From positions 5,476 to 69,475 of the forward strand of contig JBIKND010000001.1 in NCBI GenBank assembly GCA_044358905.1: a stretch of 64,000 bases of DNA, in the 5' to 3' direction. A program made the translations under genes and the position numbers. Below, one piece after another: positions 1 through 13,459 of this stretch. Positions within the stretch are counted from its first letter, which is position 1; every line of letters starts with the position of its first letter. The notes beneath the pieces were generated by a model. It ran no database searches and had not been told where the DNA came from. It saw only the letters and a program-made list of their open reading frames with translations. This DNA comes from Pirellulales bacterium (GTDB lineage Bacteria > Planctomycetota > Planctomycetia > Pirellulales > UBA1268).

Positions 1-1069
1 TCGACCTGCATCTGCACGCCGTTGCCATTGCCGAAGACCTGCCGCCGGATCACCCGCCGCACCGCACCACCGGCTCCCCCGACGGCCTGCGCTTGGATCT
101 GCACCATGCCGCCATTGCCGAGCATCTGAATCTGCTGGCCGCCCGCCTGGGCGAGGAGTTTCTGGGCTTCCTCACGCCGCGCGAGCCACTCGGCCTTGCG
201 GTCCTTGCCGAGCGCCTTCTCCACGCACCGCTCGAGCCCCGGCAGGATGCTCTCGTCGGGCACGGCCAGGCCGTTTTGCTGCAGCGCCGCCACCGCGGGC
301 CGCCAGCGGTCGCGATACGATTCGGTGAGCACCTTCGCGAGCGTTTCCCGCTCGGCGGCTTCGAGATAGGCCTCGCGGTCCACCTCCGCCACGAGCGCCG
401 CCACCACGGCGGCCTTGCGACGGTCCTTCTGCAGGCGGTGCTCTGCCTCGTAGCTCGCCAGTTCCGCGTCGGCCGCATTGGCCTTGACCGAAGCCTTCAG
501 GGCGTCGCGGATCGCCGCCTCCAGGTCGGTCCGCTTCGCCGGCCGCCGCCGGCCGCCGCCGGCCGCCTGCAGCTGTTCGTCCACGGCCCGATCGATCGCC
601 CCGCGGCCGGCCTCGAGCACCAGCGACCGCTGCTGCTTTTCGAGCGACGGGCAGGACTGCCGCACGAGCGACAACTCCCGCCGCAGGATCGTGAGGCCCT
701 GCTGCCGGAGCTGCTGGGCGAGCTGCTGCGCCTGGGCCCGCAGCTGCTCCTGCAGCATCGCCTGGGCGTCGGCGGGCGCATCGCCTTCGTCGCCCTCGGC
801 CTCTGCGTCTGGGGCCGGCTCCGCCGCCGGCGGCTTCGCCTCCGCCTCGTCCCACCACGGGTCGCCGATCGCCTCGGCGTCGTCACCGCCGGGCGCGAAG
901 ACCTGACCGCCGGGCGCGAAGACCTGACCGGCGGGCACGACGACCTGTTGCAACGGCTGCGCGATCTGAACCTGAATCTGACCGAAGGCCGACGTGCCAC
1001 CGCCCGCCACGGCGGCCACGGCCATCAGGCATGTCCCGCAGAAAACCCGTTCCATTTGATGACGCATGC

Positions 1070-1073
<4 letters not shown>
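1..1073 (-). CDS. Secreted Gln/Ala-rich coiled-coil-like protein, last gene of the MoxR operon. The 3' end is cut by the window edge. Absent from the ORF track.
   Basis: Hand translation of the minus frame from the ATG at 1073-1071 gives MSMRHQMERVFCGTCLMAVAAVAGGGTSAFGQ..., which looks like a signal peptide. I checked every in-frame triplet from 1073 down to position 3 and found no stop. There is a 4-nt ATGA overlap with the stop (1070-1072) of the upstream gene. Confidence 0.6.
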
Positions 1074-4795
<3,722 letters not shown>

Positions 4796-4812
4796 GGCTC
4801 CTGTCACCGAGG

Positions 4813-7023
4813 TCAGACCAGCCCCTGCCGCTTCCGCATCACCCAAAACAGCCCCAGCAGTCCCACGAGCGCCATCGCCACCGCGGGATGGCACCACAGT
4901 TGCAGCCGCCGCACGCTCGCGGGCGGCTCCGGAAGTTTCGCCAGCGACTCGATGATCGACGCGATCTCGCCCGGCGGCACGAGTCTGCCCTTCGTGACCT
5001 GCGCGATCTCGGCGAGCACCTCCGGCCGGGCCGCCCGGCCGATGCCCTCGGCCGTCGAGCCCTGCACGAAGAACGAGGCCTCGAGCGTGTCGCCCGTCTC
5101 TTTGCAGAACAGCTGCACTGCGTGCTTGCCCGGCTCGCGCGGCGAGTAACTCGAGGCGAACACGCCCCACTCCCCCTCGCCCGCGGGCGGCGCGAACCGC
5201 ACCGTCTCCACCGCGCCCGACGGGGCCGTGATCCGGGCCGCCACCTCGCCGCGCGACAGCGGCTCGCCGCTGGCCTGCGCCACCCGGGCGTCGAGCGCCA
5301 GCGACTGGCCGAGCTGCGGCTGTTCCGGCGCGAACGAGAGGCTCATCCGCTCCCCCTTGGCCATGTTGCGGCGGTAGGCCATCCAGCGGACCACCTGGCC
5401 CCAGAACCGGTAGTGGTATTTGTCCTCGACACCTTTCCGCCACCGCCAGGCGCCGTCGGTGGCCATGTAGAGCACCTTGCCCGCGCCGTAGGTGCGGGTG
5501 ACGAGCAGCGGGATGCGGCCGTACTCGTTGGCGGCGTCCTCGTGAACGGCCAGCACCTCGCTGCCGGCCTTGGCCCGCAGCACCGGCCCGTACCACTGCA
5601 CGCCCGGCAGGCTCTCCCAGACCGCGAGGTTCTCGGCGCCGGAGTCGGCGAGTTTGGTGAGCAGGCTCTTGCGGCCCACCTCGGTGAGCACGAGCTTGCG
5701 TGGTCCGTCGGTGCTGAAGCCGTCCTTGCGGACCGGATCGATGACCACCGGGCACAACTCCTCGAGCGCCGTGCCCACGAGCGACACCTGCTCGCCCCGC
5801 CAGCCCGGCAGGAACACGAGCCCGCTGGCCTGATACTCGACGAGGCCCTTGAGCAGCCGGCAGTCCTCCTCGGTGAGCTGGTCCGGGGCGACGCCGACGT
5901 CGCCCAAGAACACGACGTCGTACTTCGAGAGTTCGTCGAGGCCGGAGGGGAACTTCGGGATGTAGTCCTTGTTGCCGCCGCCCCGCTTGGCGAGCCCCGG
6001 CTGGAAGAGCAGGCAGGAGACCTCGACGCCCGGATCGCGGGACAGGGCGTTGCGCAGGTAGCGGTATTCCCACCGTGGGATGCTCTCCACGACGAGCACC
6101 TTGAGCTTTTCCTGCCGGACCGCGATCGGCGCGGTCCGCTCGTTGTTGTCGGCGAGCAGCTCGCCCTCCTGCTTCGGCACCGTGACGGTGACCGTGTAGT
6201 CGCCCACGTCCCGCGGCGTCCAATAGACCCAGTCGGTGGCCGTGCCCATCGCCGGCAGGCGGACCTCCTTGCGGAGCCCGTCGCCGTTCGACGCCTTGAA
6301 GTCCACGACCACGACCCGCTCCGTGGGTAGCGACGAGTTGATCGTGAACGGCACGCGGACGGGCTTGCCGGCCACACCCACAGTGGGGCAGTCGAGGCTG
6401 GCGAACTCGACGTCGGGAAGCTTGGTCTCGCTGCCCACGGCCACCGCCACCACCGGCACCTGCGCCAGCCGCAGCGCCTGTGCCGCCGTGGATGGCGCGG
6501 AGCCTTCGTTCCAGTCGCCGTCACCGACGAGCACGATGCTGCGCAGGTTGCCGAACCGGTCGAGGGCGGTGGTCAGCGGCTCCGCGTAGTTGGTGCCGGC
6601 GCCCGGCGGCGCGGGGGAGAATCCGGCCACCTCGACGTTGAACCGCTCGGCGAGCGGCTTCCAGAACTCGCTGGTCGTGAGGGCGGCGATCGCCTCCCGG
6701 CGGGTCTGCGGCTCACCGGCCCGGGCCGCCGCGCCGGTGAGCACGACGTCGCGCGTGTCCATGCTCCGGGAGGCGTCGTGCAGGACGGCGATCGTCGGCT
6801 TCTCCGTGGGCCGATATTCCTCCACCCACTCCGGCTGGTTGAGCAGCACCGCCACCAGGCCGACGATCGCCAGGCGAAGCAGTTCGAGCAGCCCCTGGCC
6901 CGGCGCGTAACCGCTGCGCTTCCAGGCCAGAACGCAGATCACGGCCGTGATCGCGACCAGCGCCAGCGAGAGGCCGAGCGTCCACGGCGTGGTGAAAAAA
7001 CGGAACCCCTGGAACTCGGTCAT
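4813..7023 (-). CDS. Membrane-anchored VWA-like protein (MIDAS-type DxSxS motif) with a C-terminal region resembling class-I glutamine amidotransferase-like/DUF1355 Bat-operon proteins
   Basis: 736-aa ORF. N-terminal TM segments are present (TLGLSLALVAITAVICVLAW, LRLAIVGLVAVLL). The motif VLHDASRSM matches DxSxS. VVESIPRWEYRYLRNAL is typical of Bat-operon partners. The start at 7023 overlaps the upstream stop at 7020 (ATGA). Confidence 0.8.
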   Translation of the reverse strand: MTEFQGFRFFTTPWTLGLSLALVAITAVICVLAWKRSGYAPGQGLLELLRLAIVGLVAVLLNQPEWVEEYRPTEKPTIAVLHDASRSMDTRDVVLTGAAARAGEPQTRREAIAALTTSEFWKPLAERFNVEVAGFSPAPPGAGTNYAEPLTTALDRFGNLRSIVLVGDGDWNEGSAPSTAAQALRLAQVPVVAVAVGSETKLPDVEFASLDCPTVGVAGKPVRVPFTINSSLPTERVVVVDFKASNGDGLRKEVRLPAMGTATDWVYWTPRDVGDYTVTVTVPKQEGELLADNNERTAPIAVRQEKLKVLVVESIPRWEYRYLRNALSRDPGVEVSCLLFQPGLAKRGGGNKDYIPKFPSGLDELSKYDVVFLGDVGVAPDQLTEEDCRLLKGLVEYQASGLVFLPGWRGEQVSLVGTALEELCPVVIDPVRKDGFSTDGPRKLVLTEVGRKSLLTKLADSGAENLAVWESLPGVQWYGPVLRAKAGSEVLAVHEDAANEYGRIPLLVTRTYGAGKVLYMATDGAWRWRKGVEDKYHYRFWGQVVRWMAYRRNMAKGERMSLSFAPEQPQLGQSLALDARVAQASGEPLSRGEVAARITAPSGAVETVRFAPPAGEGEWGVFASSYSPREPGKHAVQLFCKETGDTLEASFFVQGSTAEGIGRAARPEVLAEIAQVTKGRLVPPGEIASIIESLAKLPEPPASVRRLQLWCHPAVAMALVGLLGLFWVMRKRQGLV

Positions 7024-9041
7024 GCCGCCGCCTCCACGGGCCGCAGCCCCACGAACGGAGACCGCTCTTCACCGGCCGGCTTGGGCAGGCAGAGGATGCC
7101 CTCGACGATCATCGCCAGCACCATGGCGATCAGAAACGCCCGCCAAATCTCCTGCACCAGGCTGTCGGTGCTGCCGGCGGTGCCGGCGAGCCGGCCATAG
7201 GAGAGGTCGCGGAACAGGCCGTCGATCCGGTCGTCGGCGGCGATGCGGCCGGCGTCCTCGTCCGCCGGTCGGTTGACCGCGACGAGGCGATCCTCCGCGG
7301 CGAACACACCGGCATGGCGGCCGATTTCCGTGGACAAGGCGTCGGCGGGCCCGGCCAGCCGGTTCCACTCGACGCCCTGCGCCGCGAGCACCTCGGCCGC
7401 CGGACCGGCATCGAGCTGCCGAGCTTTCCCGAGCACGGCCACGCCGCGGTCGATGGCCCGCTGCACGACCGCGTACAGCACCACGCCCTCGCTGGCGAGC
7501 GTCGAGTCGCGGCCATTCGGCGTCGTGGTGCAGAAATAGGCGCCGCCGGCGGCATCGGCGACGCGGCCGAGCAGCGGTGCCGATCCAGGCAGCGCGGCCA
7601 GAGGCACGTGGTCCCCCGCCACGGCGCAGGAGCGGAAGACCTGCACTTCGCCGACCGGCAGGGCGCCGCCGGCGAGGGTATTGGAAAGCAGATCCTGGTC
7701 GGTCCGCCAGGAGGCCGGCTTCACCGGCTGGGCGTGGCTCGTCCACGCCTTCCAGCCGAACCCGGCGAACGACGTCTCCGTCGGCGTCTCGGGCGGGAAG
7801 AACACGATCTGGCCGCCGCGGGCCAGAAACGCCGTGAGCGCATCCGCGTCCTTGCCGGCGGGCAGCGGCCCCTGCCAGAGCACGACCGCCACCTCGTCGA
7901 GCACCGCCGTGGCGAAGGCGTCGGGAGCCACCGCCTCGGCGGCCGACTGCTGATCCTTTTCCGGTGGGATCTCCGCCAGGAGCTCGAGCCACCGTCGCGC
8001 GGCCGGATCCTCGGCGACGACGATCGTCTGCCGGGCCACGGGCTCGTCGAACACGAAATAGAACTCGTTGTCGGCGATGTTGGCGTCGGCCGGAATCGAG
8101 ACCTTGCCCCAGCCGCGGCTGCCGGCCGCGCGGTCGAGCGGGATGACGTGGTTCTTGAGCACCGCCTCGCGGCCCGTGAGCTCCAGCTCCACCGTCGAGG
8201 CCACGCCCCCGATCTCGAAGGTCACCGGCAACGTGACCCGCTCGGCCTCTTCCTGCCGCGTGGCCGCCACGGTGACCACCAGTTCCCGGACGGCACCCCG
8301 CGTCTCGAGCTTGGTACCGGTGACCCGCACCGCGACGTTGCCCTCGGCCGGCTCGCGGAAGGAGAGCAGCTGGAACCGCACCTGCTGCGGCAGCTTGGCG
8401 AACGCGTCGCGGATGCCGCCCCACGCGCCGTTCTCCGGCGCCCAGTCGTTGGCCCGCTGGTCGGAGCAGATCCAGACCTCGGTGGAACCGGCCGCGTTCT
8501 CCTTCACGTAGTCGTAGGCCGCCTGCAAGAGCAGCGGCATGTCGGCCGGCACCGCCGTCGGGCCGGCCGAGGGGAGGTCGGCCAGCGCCGCCGGGCCGTC
8601 GAGCTCGAGGGGCTTCGTCGCCGGGTCGGTGACGAGCACGCACCGCGACGCGCCGAGCGTGCGCAGCGACTCGACGAGCTGCCGGCGGCCCGTGTCGAGC
8701 TTGGTGTCGGCGGCCGCGGCGCTCCGCTGCTGCATCGATGGGGAGCGGTCGAGGACCACGATCGCGGTGTCGGGGCGGGCGCCGCCGGCCAGCGCCAGCC
8801 AGCCCCGCGACAGCGGCCGGCCGACCGCGAAGATGACCGCGGCGACGGCGAGCATGCGCATGGCCATGATCAGCCAGTTCCGCAGCCGCGAGTAGCCCCG
8901 CGACATGGCCCGCGCCGAGAGCAGGAACATCATCGCCGCCCACTGCACCGTCTGAAACCGGCGTTGGTTGATGAGGTGGATGATGATCGGCAGGCTCACC
9001 AGCGGCAGCGCGGCGAGCATCAGCGGCTGGAGGAATGTCAT
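7020..9041 (-). CDS. BatA-like protein with an aerotolerance-regulator N-terminal double-TM domain plus a VWA-like region
   Basis: The N-terminus MTFLQPLMLAALPLVSLPIIIHLINQRRF is the classic BatA_N signature. A second TM segment is LIMAMRMLAVAAVIFAV. VVLDRSPSM is a DxSxS MIDAS-like motif. The start at 9041 overlaps the DUF58 stop at 9038 (ATGA). Confidence 0.8.
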   Translation of the reverse strand: MTFLQPLMLAALPLVSLPIIIHLINQRRFQTVQWAAMMFLLSARAMSRGYSRLRNWLIMAMRMLAVAAVIFAVGRPLSRGWLALAGGARPDTAIVVLDRSPSMQQRSAAAADTKLDTGRRQLVESLRTLGASRCVLVTDPATKPLELDGPAALADLPSAGPTAVPADMPLLLQAAYDYVKENAAGSTEVWICSDQRANDWAPENGAWGGIRDAFAKLPQQVRFQLLSFREPAEGNVAVRVTGTKLETRGAVRELVVTVAATRQEEAERVTLPVTFEIGGVASTVELELTGREAVLKNHVIPLDRAAGSRGWGKVSIPADANIADNEFYFVFDEPVARQTIVVAEDPAARRWLELLAEIPPEKDQQSAAEAVAPDAFATAVLDEVAVVLWQGPLPAGKDADALTAFLARGGQIVFFPPETPTETSFAGFGWKAWTSHAQPVKPASWRTDQDLLSNTLAGGALPVGEVQVFRSCAVAGDHVPLAALPGSAPLLGRVADAAGGAYFCTTTPNGRDSTLASEGVVLYAVVQRAIDRGVAVLGKARQLDAGPAAEVLAAQGVEWNRLAGPADALSTEIGRHAGVFAAEDRLVAVNRPADEDAGRIAADDRIDGLFRDLSYGRLAGTAGSTDSLVQEIWRAFLIAMVLAMIVEGILCLPKPAGEERSPFVGLRPVEAAA

Positions 9042-9952
9042 CGCAGCCCCCTCCCGGCGGCCCGGCCCACGAGGAACCGCGCCAGCACCTGCTCGTAGCT
9101 CTCGTCGGTGAGCACGCGGGAGTAGTCGATGCCACCCTCGAGCGCGACCTTCTTCATCGCTTCCAGATACCGGTTCACCGCCTGGTGGTAGCGGTCGGCG
9201 ATGTCGACCGGATCGGCGAAGATCGAGCCGCCTCCCTCCATGTCGAGGAACCGCGTGGGCCGCTGGAACTTGAAGCCGATCTCCAGCGGGTCGAGGAGGT
9301 GGAACACCGCCACGTCATGGTGGCGGAAGCGGAGGTGGCCGAAGCTCGAGGCCAGCACTTCGGGCTCGACGAACAGGTCCGACACGATCGCGACCAGCGC
9401 CCGCTGCCGGATGGTCTCGGCGAGTTCGTGAAGCACTTCGGGCAGCCGCGTCGTCCCGGCCGGCTTCGCCTCCTCGAGGATGTCGAACGCCAGCCGGAGA
9501 TGGGCGGGGCTGCGGCGCGGCGGCAGCGTCTTGACGATGCCGTCGGCCACGCACGAGATGCCCACCGCATCGCCCTGCTGGGAGGCGAGATACCCGAGGC
9601 CGGCACACACGCGTCGCGCGTAGTCGATCTTCGAGAGCCGCCCCTCGGCGGCGAAGTTCATCGACCCCGACGTGTCGAGCACGAGGCACAGCCGCAGGTT
9701 CGTGTCGGCCTCGTACTCCTTGACGTAGAACCGGTCCGAGCGGCCGAAGGCCCGCCAGTCGAGCCGCCGCAGGTCGTCGCCGGGCACGTACTTGCGATAC
9801 TCCGCGAACTCCACGCTCGAGCCGCGGTGCGGGCTCGTGTGCCGTCCCGACACGTTGCCGACCATCGACTTGCGGGCGAGCAGGGGCACGCCCGCCAGCC
9901 GGGACAGCACGGCGGGCTCGAGAAAACTGCGGGTCTGACGGTCGTTGATCAT
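9038..9952 (-). CDS. DUF58 domain protein (MoxR partner with a VWA-like fold)
   Basis: 304 aa. The hallmark GRHTSPHRGSSVEFAEYRKYVPGDDLRRLDWRAFGRSDRFYVKEYE is present. It lies 43 nt downstream of the MoxR stop. Confidence 0.9.
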   Translation of the reverse strand: MINDRQTRSFLEPAVLSRLAGVPLLARKSMVGNVSGRHTSPHRGSSVEFAEYRKYVPGDDLRRLDWRAFGRSDRFYVKEYEADTNLRLCLVLDTSGSMNFAAEGRLSKIDYARRVCAGLGYLASQQGDAVGISCVADGIVKTLPPRRSPAHLRLAFDILEEAKPAGTTRLPEVLHELAETIRQRALVAIVSDLFVEPEVLASSFGHLRFRHHDVAVFHLLDPLEIGFKFQRPTRFLDMEGGGSIFADPVDIADRYHQAVNRYLEAMKKVALEGGIDYSRVLTDESYEQVLARFLVGRAAGRGLR

Positions 9953-9995
9953 CGGTGTGCTCGCGCGGACGAAATCGGCGGAACGTTTCCGTCGG

Positions 9996-11027
<1,032 letters not shown>

Positions 11028-11393
11028 GGAAGCTGTTTCCGAAGGGAGGTGAAAGGGTCGGGGGCGATCGGGCCGCGGCCGGACGGGGCGGCAGGGGCGG
11101 GCCGGTGCAAGTATTGCCCACCGGCGATGGTTTCGCACCCGGCCGTCCACCGGATGCGAAATCGGGGGCAGGGGCTCTTTCTCCCAGGAAAATCGCACGG
11201 CCAGCCGGGTTCGACCGTGGGTCGGGGGGTGCCCCTGCCACGTCTCCGGACGTTCTCTTCGGCCCTCCGGGCAATGCTGTTCGTCACGGCACGTGCTTCA
11301 TTGCGATGGAAGCCCCCGGCGGAAGCCGGGGGACTCCGCGTTCCGCGACTTCCCGCCCGCAAGGCAAAACGGTCGCGCCCAAAAACCCGGTGT

Positions 11394-11413
11394 CCCCGGG
11401 CTTCCGCCCGGGG
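11394..11413 (-). terminator. Putative hairpin terminator after the upstream minus-strand operon
   Basis: On the minus strand this reads ccccgggc-GGAA-gcccgggg (8-bp stem), 35 nt after the stop at 11449, followed by acaccgggTTTTTggg. The T-run does not abut the stem, so confidence is low. Confidence 0.3.
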
Positions 11414-11448
11414 CTTGTTGGGCAAGGAGCACCCCCCTCAGAAACGCC

Positions 11449-12567
11449 CTACCTGGGCCCAGCGGCTGCCTCGAGGGCCGCCCGGAGGCTGGCGGGGTCG
11501 GCCTCCCGGAGCCGGTCGAGGTGGCCCCGGGCGGCGGGGAGCGGGCAGGCCGCCAGGTAGCCGGCGACGGCCCGGCGGACGAGCGGGTCGTCGCGGCCCA
11601 GCGGCCCCCAGAGGGCGGCGACGGCGTCCACCGCCGACCAGTCCTGGTAGCGGGCCAGGTCCACGGCCGCCTCGGCCGCGACCGCGGGGTTGGCGAGGAG
11701 CCGGGCCGTCGCGTCGGCGACCCGCTTGCGGGGCACCGTGGCCCCGAGGTTTTCCCACGCGAACCGCAGCACCGCCAAGGCGTGCCGAGCGTCGCCCGCG
11801 CGCGTGCCGCCGGCGAGCAGGCCGCGGGTCGCCAGGTAGTCGAGCCCCGCCTCGCCCTCGGCAACCACGATGCCGGCGAGCACGCCGTCGAAACCCGCCC
11901 GGAGATCCGTGCCCGGGGCCTCGGCTGCCCGCCGGAGTACGCCGAGGTGGCGTTCGCGCACGATCGACTCCGGTTCAGCGGCGGCGACAATCCCGAGCGC
12001 CAGCCCGTAGAACCCGCGCCGCCGCTGGTCGATCCCCGGCTCCTCGATCCACTGCTGCAGCTTGTCCGCGTCGAACGATTCCGCCGCATCCCGCACGGCC
12101 GTGAACGACGCGAGGCCGAACTCCGTGAAGGCGTCGGCCGCGATCGCCGGGTCGCGATGCTCGAGGCGGGCGGCGTACCAGGCGAGCCTCCGCGCGGCCG
12201 GATCCGCCGTCGCCGGCGCCGCGGCCACGTGGGCCAGGAGCGCCTCGTCGGCAGAGACGGCCTCCCAGCCGGCCGTGTCGCCGAAGACCAGCGCTGTGCC
12301 CGCGACCGGCCCGGCGACCCGCGCGGCCACGATGTCGCCCACGACAGCCCGGCCGCGGATCGCCTGCCGCACGGCGAAGGGCTGCGCGAGGCGACCGGCC
12401 TCATCCCGCGCGGCCGGTCCTGCCGACTCGCCCACCGCCGTCACGTCAGCCGCGTCGCGCCGCTGGGCGAGCGAGCGGCCCACGACGCCGCAGAACGGAC
12501 AGGCCACGGCCGCAACGGCGGGCCAGACGAAGGCCACCACACAACACAGCCATCGTCGGCCGCTCAT
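11449..12567 (-). CDS. Secreted CPFC-motif helical-repeat (HEAT-like) protein, paralog 2
   Basis: Lies inside ORF 11449..12804. I trimmed it to MSGRRWLCCVVAFVWPAVAAVA|CPFC (ATG at 12567). It aligns by eye along its length with the product of 16986..18500. Shared blocks are DAFTEF/DAYDEF, KLxxWIExP, RRRxxY, LRF, DLARxQDWSxVD and YLxACPLP. Confidence 0.7.
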   Translation of the reverse strand: MSGRRWLCCVVAFVWPAVAAVACPFCGVVGRSLAQRRDAADVTAVGESAGPAARDEAGRLAQPFAVRQAIRGRAVVGDIVAARVAGPVAGTALVFGDTAGWEAVSADEALLAHVAAAPATADPAARRLAWYAARLEHRDPAIAADAFTEFGLASFTAVRDAAESFDADKLQQWIEEPGIDQRRRGFYGLALGIVAAAEPESIVRERHLGVLRRAAEAPGTDLRAGFDGVLAGIVVAEGEAGLDYLATRGLLAGGTRAGDARHALAVLRFAWENLGATVPRKRVADATARLLANPAVAAEAAVDLARYQDWSAVDAVAALWGPLGRDDPLVRRAVAGYLAACPLPAARGHLDRLREADPASLRAALEAAAGPR

Positions 12568-12622
12568 ACGGGTCACACTTGCATGGTTACGCAGGTCAGC
12601 TGCCTGGTCGCTGCGACGGGTA

Positions 12623-12754
12623 GGGGATGCCCGTGCCCCGAGAGCCGGCGTAGCTGACCAGCGTAGGCATGGATGCCGGAGCGCAGGCAGCTCCGAGTGA
12701 GCGGAGCCCACGATGGGCGCAGCGAATGTCCGGCGACGGGGCACGGGCATCCCC
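12623..12754 (-). repeat. Structured intergenic element, copy A (REP-like or ncRNA candidate), in sense with the flanking minus-strand genes
   Basis: It has an 18-bp perfect terminal inverted repeat (ggggatgcccgtgccccg at 12623-12640, cggggcacgggcatcccc at 12737-12754). Its reverse complement aligns without gaps to 52180-52309, with a 96-nt interior in both copies. Confidence 0.7.
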
Positions 12755-12787
12755 GCACCAACCCGCGATGGGATCGCGTGCGGCCGC

Positions 12788-13459
12788 TCACGCGTACATC
12801 GCATCCGGGTTCCGCTCCCGCTGCATCCGCTGCCGCCAGTAGGGCACCGTGCAGAGGAGCAGCTTGCCGGTGCCCTCGTAGGAGTAGGCGAGCTTCTGCC
12901 CCGAGAGCCAATAACTGACGAACGACCGGGCCGGCCGCCGGATCCGCAGCCGGATGCCGGCCGTGCGGGCGATCACGAACGCGCCGTCGGCCACGAGTCG
13001 GTCGTTCTTCAGTTCGACCTCCTCGACGGGGCCGTCCACGGCGAGCACCACGTGCCCCTGCCCCTTGAGCGCGGTCTTGTACCAGAAGAGCCCCTGATCG
13101 GCCCACCAACTGGTCCACATCGGCTCCCGGTGCACGGAGAGCTTCACCTCACCGTCGCTGGCCCAGAAGCACTTGCCGTCGAGGATCCACCGATCGCCCG
13201 GCTTGATGTTCATGACGTGGTAGCCGCCGAGCGTCGAGTCGAGCCACACGCTGCCCGTGCCGTGGTAGCGCGGCCGCAGGGGCGACTCATCGGAAAACAG
13301 CGACACCCACCAGGTCTTGAGCGTCGGAAAGGGCACGTCCATCGCGATCGTGCCCTTCATGTGATTGAGGGCCCCGCGCTCCGTGCGCACGTCGTCATTC
13401 TTCAGGTCCACCCGGACCCAGCGCATCCCCTCGCTCGATTCGACCTCAAACCGCGCCAT
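12788..13459 (-). CDS. AIM24 family protein (DUF124/TIGR00266-like)
   Basis: Lies inside ORF 12788..13885. I trimmed it to MARFEVESSEGMRWVRVDL (ATG at 13459). The beta-rich AIM24-like sequence includes GTGSVWLDSTLGGYHVMNIKPGDRWILDGKCFWASDGEVKL. It overlaps the upstream gene by 14 nt. Confidence 0.8.
   Translation of the reverse strand: MARFEVESSEGMRWVRVDLKNDDVRTERGALNHMKGTIAMDVPFPTLKTWWVSLFSDESPLRPRYHGTGSVWLDSTLGGYHVMNIKPGDRWILDGKCFWASDGEVKLSVHREPMWTSWWADQGLFWYKTALKGQGHVVLAVDGPVEEVELKNDRLVADGAFVIARTAGIRLRIRRPARSFVSYWLSGQKLAYSYEGTGKLLLCTVPYWRQRMQRERNPDAMYA

Noticed and set aside
4796-6223. N-terminal 476 aa of ORF 1070..6223
   Set aside because: This overlaps the convincing gene 4813..7023 in another frame and is Arg/Gly-rich junk. 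A clean start (MNMSTV…) followed by TM helices lies at 4795.
7069-9135. Alternate-frame ORFs 7069..9135 (-), 7314..9098 (+) and 9945..12104 (+)
   Set aside because: They overlap the BatA-like, DUF58 and MoxR genes, which carry recognisable family motifs. Their composition is extremely Arg/Pro/Gly-rich.
11208-11216. A T-loop-like GGTTCGACC string that might suggest a tRNA or tmRNA
   Set aside because: The flanking sequence does not form a complementary T stem or any cloverleaf.
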